Source: a bacterium (lineage in GTDB: Bacteria > JAAXHH01). Taken from it: a stretch of DNA of 64,000 nucleotides. The stretch is taken from contig OZ245326.1 in NCBI GenBank assembly GCA_965225915.1, positions 3,393,439-3,457,438 on the forward strand, written 5' to 3'. The notes under the pieces are model-generated. The model did no database searches, was not told the DNA's origin, and saw only the letters and a program-made list of their open reading frames with translations. Positions 40,145 through 49,535 of the stretch are shown piece after piece. How positions within the stretch are numbered: the first letter of the stretch is position 1; the number at the start of each line of letters is the position of its first letter. Made by a program: the position numbers and the translations under genes.

Positions 40145-41362
40145 ATGTGGAAACTGTTCAACAACTTTGCATACCAGATCTACTTTTCGTATCGTAACCG
40201 CAGATTGCGAAACCGAGCCCGCGAATGGCCGGTTCCTGTCCTGCCCAGGGTGAGCGTAGAACCCCGGCCCGTACTGTACGCGGCGTGGGGACGGATCGGG
40301 GATCTTGTGCTGGCCACGGGGCACCTGAAACAGTTGCGCAGGTGGTTTCACCCCTGTCCAATCTGGTTTCTGGGAAGGTCCCAGGTGAAACCGGTCGTCG
40401 AACCTTATGTCGACGCCTTCTTCCCTATTCCTGATTCTGTTGGGCAGGGGGGTGGACCTGGCATCGGTTCTGCAGCGCTCGAAAGCATACTTAACCAATC
40501 GTTCCGGTACGTCATTGCGGACATCCACACCTTCTACGGAGGCCTGTTCGCAATGGGATCTCTGCTCACCGCGTTGCGAGCGGACCGAAAATTCATCTAC
40601 GAAGGCTACTACCTGGGAGGAGACCTCGCGCCTGAACGGCCTTATCCCGTTGATTTCGAAATAGTGCGGAAGCACAAGGCGCGGGAAGAAACCGGCGCGG
40701 AAACCGACGGGCGCCATATCCTCGACCACAACGCGTATTATATCCGCGATGTGCTTGAACGATGCGGGGTCGCGGTAGATCCCGATGAACGGTGGAGCCC
40801 TGACCTGGGTTTCATTGGTTCGGGGACGGTGGAGTGCCGCCGGTTTGGGTTAGAACCGGGGAAATTCGTGGGTTGGCAGCCCTTCAGCAACAATCCGAGG
40901 AAAGACTATCCCCTGTCACTTTGGAAGGAGATCATAAGTGCGTTTCCGGATCAACTCTTTGTCGCTCTTGTTGAGCCCGGGGCGGGTGTTGAACTGGACA
41001 GGATGGCCTTGCCCAACGTATGCATACGAGAAACTACCACCCTGCCAGAGGCGTCATTGGTGATCAGGGAGGCGCGTCTTTTTGTCGGGCTCGATTCGGG
41101 TCTGGCCCACATCTCCACGGTGCTGGGCAGGCCCACGGTGTGTGTATGCCCGGACAGTCATCTCGGGTACTTTTTCCCTTATCCGGATGCCTACGGCTAC
41201 TCAAACCTGCATGCCGTCTCCCATCCAGACTACCTCCAATGCAGGGGTTGTTTCATGACCTGCAGGCACGAACCCCTCACGTCGACCTTTTCCCGGGGCG
41301 CCCTGTGTCTGCGCACGTTGCCTCCCCGCCTTGTCATCGACGCCATCAACGACGCATTATAG
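40145..41362 (+). CDS. glycosyltransferase family 9 (heptosyltransferase-like)
   Basis: GT9-like N-terminus (AWGRIGDLVLATGHLKQLRR) and a C-terminal nucleotide-sugar-binding region (GLDSGLAHISTVLGRPTV). Confidence 0.65.
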   Translation: MWKLFNNFAYQIYFSYRNRRLRNRAREWPVPVLPRVSVEPRPVLYAAWGRIGDLVLATGHLKQLRRWFHPCPIWFLGRSQVKPVVEPYVDAFFPIPDSVGQGGGPGIGSAALESILNQSFRYVIADIHTFYGGLFAMGSLLTALRADRKFIYEGYYLGGDLAPERPYPVDFEIVRKHKAREETGAETDGRHILDHNAYYIRDVLERCGVAVDPDERWSPDLGFIGSGTVECRRFGLEPGKFVGWQPFSNNPRKDYPLSLWKEIISAFPDQLFVALVEPGAGVELDRMALPNVCIRETTTLPEASLVIREARLFVGLDSGLAHISTVLGRPTVCVCPDSHLGYFFPYPDAYGYSNLHAVSHPDYLQCRGCFMTCRHEPLTSTFSRGALCLRTLPPRLVIDAINDAL

Positions 41363-42276
41363 GTCCGCGACCGATCTCAGGTCGACCCGGTCGGGGTAGA
41401 TCAGCGCGATGAGATCCTCGATATCGAATGATTCCAATAGACCGAAACAGAAAAGAGACGACATGGATTCATACCGTCCGGGTTCATCGATTAACCGGCA
41501 CAGGCTGCTCAATCCCTGCTGCAGAACGACTTCATCCACATCTCCGTCATACAGGGCCGAGGCCATGAGGGCAACAACGGAAGACACGGGCCCGCAGGCG
41601 GTCAAGTCCAGCTCGGGCGTTCCCACGTGGTTCATGACCGCCGCGAGTTGAGCAACCTGGATACCCAGCATCCTGCCGCCGCTCGATGATACCATCATCG
41701 TCCACTGATGCGGAGCCTTGCCCAGTTCGCACGCTCCCTGCATGATCAATTCGACCGACAGCGCCGTAGATCCTTCACGCAGGACTTCCTCTATCAGGGA
41801 CTCCGCTCGGGATTCAGGGCCACCATGCCCCTCCTGGCCAGGTTGATGCATCGCACCTGCTTGTAGTCCACCGCTTTTCCCGGTGGTCCGACGTGCCCGT
41901 TCAAGTTCAGTACACCCGGTGTTGTATCCTCGAGACGTTCGGGTTCATAGAGCAGGGCTGGAATGAACAGACCGGGCAAAGCCTTGTAGGTCAGCTTGCG
42001 AATCCGGTAGCCCTTGCCGGTATCGATGACCTCCTTCCATTCGATTTCAAGATCGTCCGATCTCCATTCTTCGGGAACACCCTTTAAAACCACCTTATCC
42101 AGCATGATCCGGCGCAACCGCTCGGCTTCGTCTTCCCAGGTGTCGGAATCGAGAAGCCTGAATTCGGGTATGCGGCCAAGCAGATAGGCCTTCAGCATCT
42201 CCACGGTGTGGAGTACCCGGAACGAAGGTGTTGACTGCAGTTCGGACATGCCGGCAGGCAAGGCGATGGCATTCAT
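41357..42276 (-). pseudogene. alpha/beta hydrolase (acetylxylan-esterase/peptidase-like) split into two overlapping ORFs
   Basis: ORFs 41794..42276 and 41357..41851 are in different frames and overlap by ~58 nt. Together they resemble one ~320-aa esterase (GVLNLNGH ... VSSSGG ... FCFGLLESFD). This looks like a frameshift or an assembly indel. Confidence 0.4.
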
Positions 42277-42730
42277 CGGTGCGGTTCCTCTTGTAGATCA
42301 CGCTCAATATCAGAATGGGTACTCGAAAGTGGTTGCATGCGCACTTCCACGTCGATCTGGATATCTCCCCCACCGTGCAGCACCCCCGTTGTGGGGGAAA
42401 CGTCCTGGTAGTCCCTACCCACGGCAACGCGTACATGCCGCTTGTCGACGAAGGTCGAATTGGTGGGATCGAATCCGACCCAACCGAGTCCGGGTAACAG
42501 GCATTCCAGCCAGGCGTGCGTGGTCATCCCCCTGTTTTCCGCATTTTTCGCCGTTTCATCGTGGAGATATCCCGATACGTACCGGGCCGGAATACCCTCA
42601 GGTTCGCGCGATGGCGATCATGACATGGGCGTAGTCCTGGCATACGCCGCGTCCTGTATCCAGAATGTGGTCTATGGTGGAAGAGATTGATGTGCTGCCC
42701 GGTACATACTCAAATCTAGTGAAGATGATT
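42273..42730 (-). pseudogene. transglutaminase-like cysteine protease remnant (N-terminus deleted, internal stop/frameshift near 42600)
   Basis: Manual translation gives [50 protein letters not shown] and then, after a frame change, EGIPARYVSGYLHDE...MTTHAWLECLLPGLGWVGFDPTN...GRDYQDV. That is the catalytic Cys/His/Asp core of the TG-like partner of CP-ATP-grasp operons. Confidence 0.6.
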
Positions 42731-43974
42731 TCAGACAGCCGCTTCAGCGAAACTACCGGATCGGAGGCGGGCTCGATCCCGTTTCACGATGAGATCCTGC
42801 AGGTTGTCCAGCGTGAATTCGAGATCTTCCGGCGGTCGGCAGATATAGGTTTTCACGTTTTGAAGCAACGGTTCTTCGCCCAGGTAATAGCGTATCATGT
42901 CCGGCACGAATGCATATACGCTCTTATCGTCCGCAACGCCTGTACCCGGCGCGTTGACCAGGGTCACATTTCCGGCCTTGTAAACGCTCATCAGACCGGG
43001 CAGACCCAGGAGGGAGTCGGATCGAAAGACGAGGGGATCCAGGAAATCGTCGTCAACGCGGCGATAGATGACGTCCACACGGCGCAGACCCGACGTAGTG
43101 CGCATGTACACGTAATCCTCGTCAACCAGCAGGTCCCTACCTTCGATAAGGGTCGCTCGATCTCGTGGGCCAGATAAATGTGTTCATAAAACGCGGCATT
43201 GAATACACCTGGAGTCAGGAGTACCACGCATGGGTCCGGATGATCGCGAGGCGCGAGTTCGTGCAACATTTCCCGAAGCAGACCGCCGTAATGCTCGACC
43301 TCCTGGACCCGGCAACTGCGATACAACCTTCGTAGATTGATCTTGATAGCTTTCCGGTTAGCGACCATGTAGGACACTCCGGAGGGCACGCGCAGGTTGT
43401 CCTCGAGTACGTGGAACCCTTCATTCGTGCGCACCAGGTCGGTTCCGCAGACCGCGACGTGCGTACCATGAGGTACGGGCACTCCCCGCATTTCCACGCG
43501 GTACTGGGGACATCCCCTAACCATTTCGATGGGAATGACTCCGTCTTCAACGATACGCGCGGGTCCGTAGACATCGGCAAGGAACCGGTTCAATGCCTTC
43601 AAGCGCTGGGAAAGTCCCGCTTCGAGCTGCCGCCATTCACTCGCGGAAATGATCCGGGGCAGACAGTCGACCAGCATGATACGCTCGTTGGCCACCTCGT
43701 CGCCGTAAACCGTAAACGTGATGCCTTCACTGGAAAAGGAATGATTAACCCGTTCCTGCATGCGAACGAGTTCTTCAACGGGAAGGCGGAGCAGGGCTTC
43801 GTAGAGATAACGGCAATGATCGCGAGGCGTGCCGTCGGGCAGGAACATCTCGTCGTAGAAAGCGTTCTCCAGTTCGTACGTTTCGAAATCCATAACAAGG
43901 CTCCGTTCCGGGATCCAGCGCGATCCTTGTCCTGGAACCGTAAGACGGGAAGCAGGCGGAAGGGGTTCCGACAT
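42731..43974 (-). pseudogene. circularly permuted ATP-grasp type 2 protein, frameshifted (~43155..43165) and C-terminally truncated
   Basis: ORF 42991..43974 and ORF 42731..43111 are consecutive parts in different frames. The junction reads ...YLAHEIE|[21 protein letters not shown].... The protein stops ~100 aa early at ...[20 protein letters not shown] and runs straight into the TG-like remnant. Confidence 0.7.
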
Positions 43975-44261
43975 ACCTTACTCATGCTTTCCATTTTATA
44001 CCATGTTATATTTGGCAGCACAACAGATAATCTCAATAGATCTGGCGTAAGTCTGGTGGCAGAAAAAGCGATATGGTAAGGCCTACGGCTGTTTAGTATT
44101 CATGAAGATGTTACAATGTTTTCTGATTGCACTTTGCTCATGCGTCGGTATCTTTCCCTGTAAGTCCAGCCAGGCCGATCCGTGTTCTGTTTGACGAAAT
44201 ACAATACCTTACTTTAACAGCCTGATATTTCCGCGTTTAAATCACGGCGGGAGGCGGTTTA

Positions 44262-46208
44262 ATGGTCATCGAGTTTGTGAATCTACTCACCGCATACTTC
44301 GATTTCATCTGGTTGTCCTTCCTGTTGCTGGCCCCCATGTTGATTCTGGGTCTGCTGCTTTCCGGCCTGATTCATGTTTTCATATCACGCGAAGCCATAT
44401 TGAAATGGCTCCAGGACGACAGTCTCAGGTCGGTAAGCGTGAGCGCCGGGGTCGGCGTTCCTGTGCCGCTGTGCAGTTGCTCCGTTGTTCCGATTGTAGC
44501 GGAAATGCGGCGGAAAGGCGCATCGCGTTCCTCCTGCATGTCGTTCCTGATCACGGCCCCGGAAACCGGGGCGGATTCGATTCTCGTTACCAACGCGTTC
44601 TTCGGGATCGTCGTAGCCTTGATTCGACCCGTCATCAGTTTTATTACCGCGGTCGTGGCGGGTATCTTTTGCATCGGCCTGATCAGAGATGATAACGGCG
44701 AAGCCAGGACGGGCGACCATGACCACCGCGATCACCGCGATCATGACCACCATGATCACGTGCACGACCAATGTCATGGACACGACCATGCGGCTCATGA
44801 AACCCTCCTGTTCGAAAGGGACGATTGCTACGTCAGCCCTTCCGCCATGAAGATACTGATGGCAAGGTGGCTTAAAGGGATATCGACCGTCGCTTCCATA
44901 CGGAGGTTCGGATCGTGGGTTAAACCGGACTTCTATCGCGAACTGAATGAGGCGCAGCAGCAAAAAGTAGCAAAAACCTCCAAAGAAGATATCGTCGAAG
45001 AAGAATATCCCGGTCTCGACTTCAAGAAGATCGTCCAGCATATCATGCGATACGGCTTCGTGGAAATCGCTGACGATATCCTCTTCGCCCTGATCGTCGG
45101 CATTGCGCTGGGCGGCGTGCTCATTCTTGCCCTTCCAGCCGACATGATGTCTAACGAATACGCGCGATGGCTATCCTATCCCATCATGATCCTCGTTGGC
45201 GTGCCCCTTTACATCTGTGCCTCGGCCAGCACACCAATAGCCGCCGCGCTGGTGGCCAAGGGATTCAGCCCGGGTGCCGCCCTGATTTTCCTGATGACCG
45301 GGCCAGCCACCAACACGAGCACGATCGCGATTATCATGAGCCAGTTCGGTGCGCGATTCGCGGCCGTGTACGTTACTTCGATCATCGTGGTAACCGCCAC
45401 CCTGGGTATCGCCATCGACATCATGCTCCTGGCCACGGGATTGGCGGTTACCGTCAATCTGGGTCCGTCCGAATCCCCAACCCTTCAGTTTCTGCAATGG
45501 GGCGGCGCCTTTGCTTTGCTCGGGCTCATTATCTGGAGGTTTCGGGCCGGCGCCATGCGCAGCGGGTTCGAAGACCTAATGCTCAATATCCGTCCCCTAA
45601 CCAGGCCCTGGCTGCGAGTCTGGAAGCGTCTGACGCGGAACCGGTCCATTCGCAGCATGATATCGCCTTCCACCCCTTGGGGAATGATGCTGTACGGTTT
45701 GTTCCTGGTGCTCTTTCTGGGAAGCGGTTTCACGGTTGTGCCTCCAGGGCATGTCGGGTATGGCCGACTCTTCGGCGAAGTCTACTGGAAAGACCTGCAA
45801 CCGGGACTGCATTATCTCGCTCCGCGTCCCCTGGCCCTCGTCGACAAGTGGCCGGTTGCCGAAGTCAAATCCATCATGTCCGAATCGCCCTATGAATACG
45901 TTTCAGGCGACCTGAGCAAGCTTTCGCTCACCCTGGACGTACAGTACCGGGTAAAAGATCCCTACACGTACCATTACAACACGACCGATCCCGAAGAGAT
46001 CATCGAGGGCGCCGTCCGGGAGCACGTGCGCACGTTCATAAACGCCCACGATCTCGACTGGTTGCTCACCGCCTACCGTTCGGACCTGGAGAAAGAAATC
46101 ACCGAACTTTTCCGCCAGGACGTCCTCCCGGATGGATATGAACCGGTACTTGGCACCGTGGACCTGGTGAAGGTCAGCCTGCTTTGTATCAGTCCAGCCG
46201 AGGAATAG
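44262..46208 (+). CDS. DUF318/ArsP_1 (SO_0444-like Cu/Zn efflux) permease with His/Asp-rich loop, fused to a partial SPFH (band-7) domain
   Basis: PLCSCSVVP CxC motif. The loop DHDHRDHRDHDHHDHVHDQCHGHDH is metal-binding in character. The C-terminal ~160 aa (VVPPGHVGYGRLFGEVYWKDLQPGLHYLAP...VQYRVKDP) is the N-terminal half of an HflK/C-type SPFH domain. Confidence 0.7.
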   Translation: MVIEFVNLLTAYFDFIWLSFLLLAPMLILGLLLSGLIHVFISREAILKWLQDDSLRSVSVSAGVGVPVPLCSCSVVPIVAEMRRKGASRSSCMSFLITAPETGADSILVTNAFFGIVVALIRPVISFITAVVAGIFCIGLIRDDNGEARTGDHDHRDHRDHDHHDHVHDQCHGHDHAAHETLLFERDDCYVSPSAMKILMARWLKGISTVASIRRFGSWVKPDFYRELNEAQQQKVAKTSKEDIVEEEYPGLDFKKIVQHIMRYGFVEIADDILFALIVGIALGGVLILALPADMMSNEYARWLSYPIMILVGVPLYICASASTPIAAALVAKGFSPGAALIFLMTGPATNTSTIAIIMSQFGARFAAVYVTSIIVVTATLGIAIDIMLLATGLAVTVNLGPSESPTLQFLQWGGAFALLGLIIWRFRAGAMRSGFEDLMLNIRPLTRPWLRVWKRLTRNRSIRSMISPSTPWGMMLYGLFLVLFLGSGFTVVPPGHVGYGRLFGEVYWKDLQPGLHYLAPRPLALVDKWPVAEVKSIMSESPYEYVSGDLSKLSLTLDVQYRVKDPYTYHYNTTDPEEIIEGAVREHVRTFINAHDLDWLLTAYRSDLEKEITELFRQDVLPDGYEPVLGTVDLVKVSLLCISPAEE

Positions 46209-46364
46209 ATCAATGCGTTCAGGGAGATATCGAGCGCGGTAGGTTTCATGATGGGCGGGCTGATCACCAACTTCTTTCTGATACTGTTCTTCCAGGATCC
46301 AAATATGTTTCGTGCTCTCCATATACTTACCGTTACAAACAGCATAATTACGGGCTGATACATC

Positions 46365-47225
46365 GTGGAATCCAATACGATTCTTCATTTGCTGGGTTAC
46401 TCCGCGGCCATATTTGCCGTGTCCATGCTGGGCGGAAAACTCTCGGCCATCGTGACCTTGACGCACACGCGCACGCAACTGGTCATGAGTCTCGTGGCGG
46501 GGTTTCTCCTGGGCGTCGCCATGTACCACCTCCTGCTGCACAGCATAGAAGACATCCCCGGTCCTTACGCCGCTGAAACCGCCATTGGGTGTGCCGTACT
46601 CGGGATCATCGTGATTGTCGTCATGTTGCGCATATTCCGTTTTCACCAACACGATATCAGTCACGAAGCGATGGAAATGAACGATGACCATCACGGCACG
46701 GTAGATGTAAATCCACGAAGCGTATTCGGCATCGCGCTGGGCCTGGGCCTGCACACTGTTACAGAGGGGATCGCCCTGGGGGCCAGTGTGCGAATTGGTG
46801 TTCTGCATGACGGGGAAGCCGTTCTGGCTGGCCTCGGCGTGTTTCTGGCGATCATGGCTCACAAACCCCTTGATGCATACTCCATCATCGGTTTGATTAG
46901 AGCAACCGGTTACAGTAACCGCTCTTGCACCCTGACCAATATCGGTTTCGCCCTGTTGTGTCCGGTGGTCGCGGTATTGACCTTCCAGGGCGTGGGACTG
47001 CTCAACCAGTTGGAAGAGTTGCATATCGTAGGGTACATCATGGCCTTCGCCGCCGGCGTTTTTCTTTGTATATCCCTCGGTGACCTGTTGCCCGAAATCC
47101 AGTTCCACAGTCACGACCGTGGCATTCTTGCCGTAGCTTTCCTCCTGGGGATCGGTCTCGCTTACGCGCTGTTCTTCTTCGAATCCGACGCCACGCATGG
47201 GTTGAAAAACGGTGTTTTGCATTAG
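46365..47225 (+). CDS. ZIP family divalent metal transporter
   Basis: 286 aa, 8 TM. His-rich loop HQHDISHEAMEMNDDHHG and the ZIP motif HxxxEG (LHTVTEGIALG). Confidence 0.85.
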   Translation: MESNTILHLLGYSAAIFAVSMLGGKLSAIVTLTHTRTQLVMSLVAGFLLGVAMYHLLLHSIEDIPGPYAAETAIGCAVLGIIVIVVMLRIFRFHQHDISHEAMEMNDDHHGTVDVNPRSVFGIALGLGLHTVTEGIALGASVRIGVLHDGEAVLAGLGVFLAIMAHKPLDAYSIIGLIRATGYSNRSCTLTNIGFALLCPVVAVLTFQGVGLLNQLEELHIVGYIMAFAAGVFLCISLGDLLPEIQFHSHDRGILAVAFLLGIGLAYALFFFESDATHGLKNGVLH

Positions 47226-47251
47226 CTTCCATCCAGACTAGGAATAAGGTC

Positions 47252-49489
47252 ATGTCGATTTCCAAGCCAACCATGGATTTCGACGTGGATACTGAAACTC
47301 GGGTATTCCACGTAGAGGGCATGACCTGCAGTGCCTGTTCCGCTCGGGTCGAAAAGGTGCTCGCCAGCGTACCTGGCGTATCCGCCGCCCACGTAAACCT
47401 CGCCCTGGAACGGGCTACCCTGACCGTGCTACCGTCTGTAAAGCAGGAATCGCTGACCGGTTCCGTGGCCGACGCTGGATTTCGACTTACCACCGGCCCC
47501 GCCGATCGAACCAGATCAGAAACCGATCGAATCCTGGGTAGCAGAGACCGCATCGCGATGGTCGTCTCGGTCGCCTTAACGCTTCCGTTTCTTGTTCAGA
47601 TGATTGTGGGATTGCTGCAAGGCTGGACCGGTTTCAGCTGGCACATGCCGGTATATGCGGAAGCAGCCCTGGCTACCGTCCTGCAGATCGCCATCGGAGC
47701 GCGTTACTACAGGAGCGGTTTCTACGCGCTCCGCGGCGGCGGCGCTAACATGGATGTCCTGGTCTCCCTGGGCACCACATCGGCCTACGCATTCAGCTGG
47801 TACCTCGTGCTTACCCTGGGCGCCGACGCCGCGGGGCAACTCTACTTTGAAGCCTCGGCAATCATCATTACCCTCGTGCTGATCGGCAAGCATATCGAAA
47901 CCCGTGCGCGGCGCAGCGCGGGCCGGGCGATACGCGAGCTGCTGGCCATCAGGCCCGAGACCGCACGGGTGCGGACGACCGACGGCACGGAAGAGGAACG
48001 CCCCGTGCACGCGTTGAAGACCGGAGACGTTGTGATCTGCCGTCCCGGTGACCGGGTGGCCGCCGACGGTGTTGTAATTCTCGGAGAAACCGAAATCGAC
48101 GAGGCGCTCATCACCGGCGAAAGTACCCCCGTACAGAAATACCCTGGAGACCTCGTGATCGCCGGATCGGTTAATCTCAATGGTTTCGTGGAAATAGAAG
48201 CCCGCGCTATCGGAAGCGAATCAACCCTTGGGCGGGTGATACGCCTGGTCGAAAACGCTCAGGCCGCCAAACCCGAGATACAGCGAATAGTGGATCGGGT
48301 CAGCGCAGTCTTCGTACCTGTCGTGGTCTTACTGGCCGTAATCACGCTCGCCGCGTGGATCTTGATGGGAGTGACACTGGAAACTGCGTTGATCAATGCC
48401 GTTTCCGTGCTCGTTATCGCGTGTCCCTGCGCCCTGGGCTTGGCTACGCCGACTGCTATCGTAACGGGCGCCGGAGCGGCGGCACGGGCGGGTATACTGG
48501 TCAAGGACATCGAATCCCTGGAACAGGCGAAAGGCCTGACCCACGTGGTTTTCGATAAGACGGGGACTCTGACCGAGGGCAAACCCCGTATCGCATCCGC
48601 CATCCCCCTGGCCAAACGCGACGAGAACGATCTTCTGCGTGTCGCGGCGTCGCTGCAACAGGGCAGTGAACACCCCTTTGCCACCGCGTTTCAGCACATG
48701 GCGACGGAACGAAAACTGGTCCTTACCCGGGTGGAGCGCTTCAGGAATCTCGTAGCCCGGGGCGTCGAGGGAGATATCGAAGGCGTGCGATACTTGCTGG
48801 GAAATCAAAAACTCTTCGAAGAGGCATGCCATACCCCTCCACCGCCCGCTGCTCCCCAGTCCGGAGGTGTCACCGTGGTTTGGCTGGCCTCCCGCGGAGA
48901 ATCAGGATGCAATTACCTTGCCCGCTTCGAACTCGTCGACGCATTGAGACCCGATGCGGCCGAGGTGGTTGAGGAGCTCAGGAGGCTGAACGTCAAGGTT
49001 CTTCTGGTTTCCGGCGATTCTGAATCCGTCGTGAAGCGGATCGGCCGGCAGACGGGCATTGACGAAACGCACAGCGGCGCTACGCCGGAAGAGAAGGAGC
49101 GTATCGTCGGGCAACTGATGGAAAGCGGTGCGAAGGTCTGCATGGTCGGCGACGGGATTAACGACGCACCCGCGCTCGCCCGGGCCACCGTGGGTATAGC
49201 CATGGGCTCCGGTACGGACGTGGCGATGGAAACGGCTGCTATCACGCTGATGAGACCCGATCCCTTCCTGGTGGCCGGCGCGATCGACGTGAGTCGAAGA
49301 ACCATCCGCAAAATCAAGCAGAATCTCTTCTGGGCGTTTATCTACAACGTGATCGGACTGCCGCTTGCTGCGATGGGGTTTCTCTTCCCTGCCGTAGCCG
49401 CGGCCATGATGGCCTTCTCCAGTATCAGCGTGGTCCTGAACTCGCTGATGCTCCGGTCATGGAAACCGCGGGAACTTAAAAGAATTTAG
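47252..49489 (+). CDS. heavy-metal (Cu+-type, CopA-like) P1B-type ATPase
   Basis: N-terminal HMA domain MTCSACSARVE. TM6 CPCALGLATP, DKTGTLT, SEHPFA, TM7 YN and TM8 MAFSS are CopA-type signatures. Confidence 0.9.
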   Translation: MSISKPTMDFDVDTETRVFHVEGMTCSACSARVEKVLASVPGVSAAHVNLALERATLTVLPSVKQESLTGSVADAGFRLTTGPADRTRSETDRILGSRDRIAMVVSVALTLPFLVQMIVGLLQGWTGFSWHMPVYAEAALATVLQIAIGARYYRSGFYALRGGGANMDVLVSLGTTSAYAFSWYLVLTLGADAAGQLYFEASAIIITLVLIGKHIETRARRSAGRAIRELLAIRPETARVRTTDGTEEERPVHALKTGDVVICRPGDRVAADGVVILGETEIDEALITGESTPVQKYPGDLVIAGSVNLNGFVEIEARAIGSESTLGRVIRLVENAQAAKPEIQRIVDRVSAVFVPVVVLLAVITLAAWILMGVTLETALINAVSVLVIACPCALGLATPTAIVTGAGAAARAGILVKDIESLEQAKGLTHVVFDKTGTLTEGKPRIASAIPLAKRDENDLLRVAASLQQGSEHPFATAFQHMATERKLVLTRVERFRNLVARGVEGDIEGVRYLLGNQKLFEEACHTPPPPAAPQSGGVTVVWLASRGESGCNYLARFELVDALRPDAAEVVEELRRLNVKVLLVSGDSESVVKRIGRQTGIDETHSGATPEEKERIVGQLMESGAKVCMVGDGINDAPALARATVGIAMGSGTDVAMETAAITLMRPDPFLVAGAIDVSRRTIRKIKQNLFWAFIYNVIGLPLAAMGFLFPAVAAAMMAFSSISVVLNSLMLRSWKPRELKRI

Positions 49490-49511
49490 ACTGTTCATAA
49501 AGAAAGTTTGG

Positions 49512-49535
49512 AAGACGTCACGTCTAAGACGTCTC
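49512..49535. terminator. candidate bidirectional hairpin between convergent P-type ATPase and histidine kinase genes
   Basis: AGACGTC(acgtctaa)GACGTCT is a 7-bp stem overlapping the HK stop codon. On the HK transcript it is followed by a T-rich stretch (ctttctttatg). It is a weak candidate. Confidence 0.3.

Noticed and set aside
42095-42436. 113-aa minus-strand ORF overlapping the transglutaminase-like remnant.
   Set aside because: It is out of frame with the recognisable TG-core residues and has no family resemblance, so it is likely spurious.
46208-46365. Possible continuation of the truncated SPFH domain in another frame downstream of the permease gene.
   Set aside because: None of the three forward frames yields SPFH-like sequence (no AERxKRA / coiled-coil region); the region appears non-coding.
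45903-47222. 439-aa minus-strand ORF antisense to the ZIP transporter. Similar long antisense ORFs occur at 11831..12868, 3217..4068, 9964..10956 and 17019..17687.
   Set aside because: These are typical high-GC antisense open frames. They lie entirely inside genes with strong family-level evidence and give low-complexity Arg/Gly/His-rich translations with no recognisable domains.
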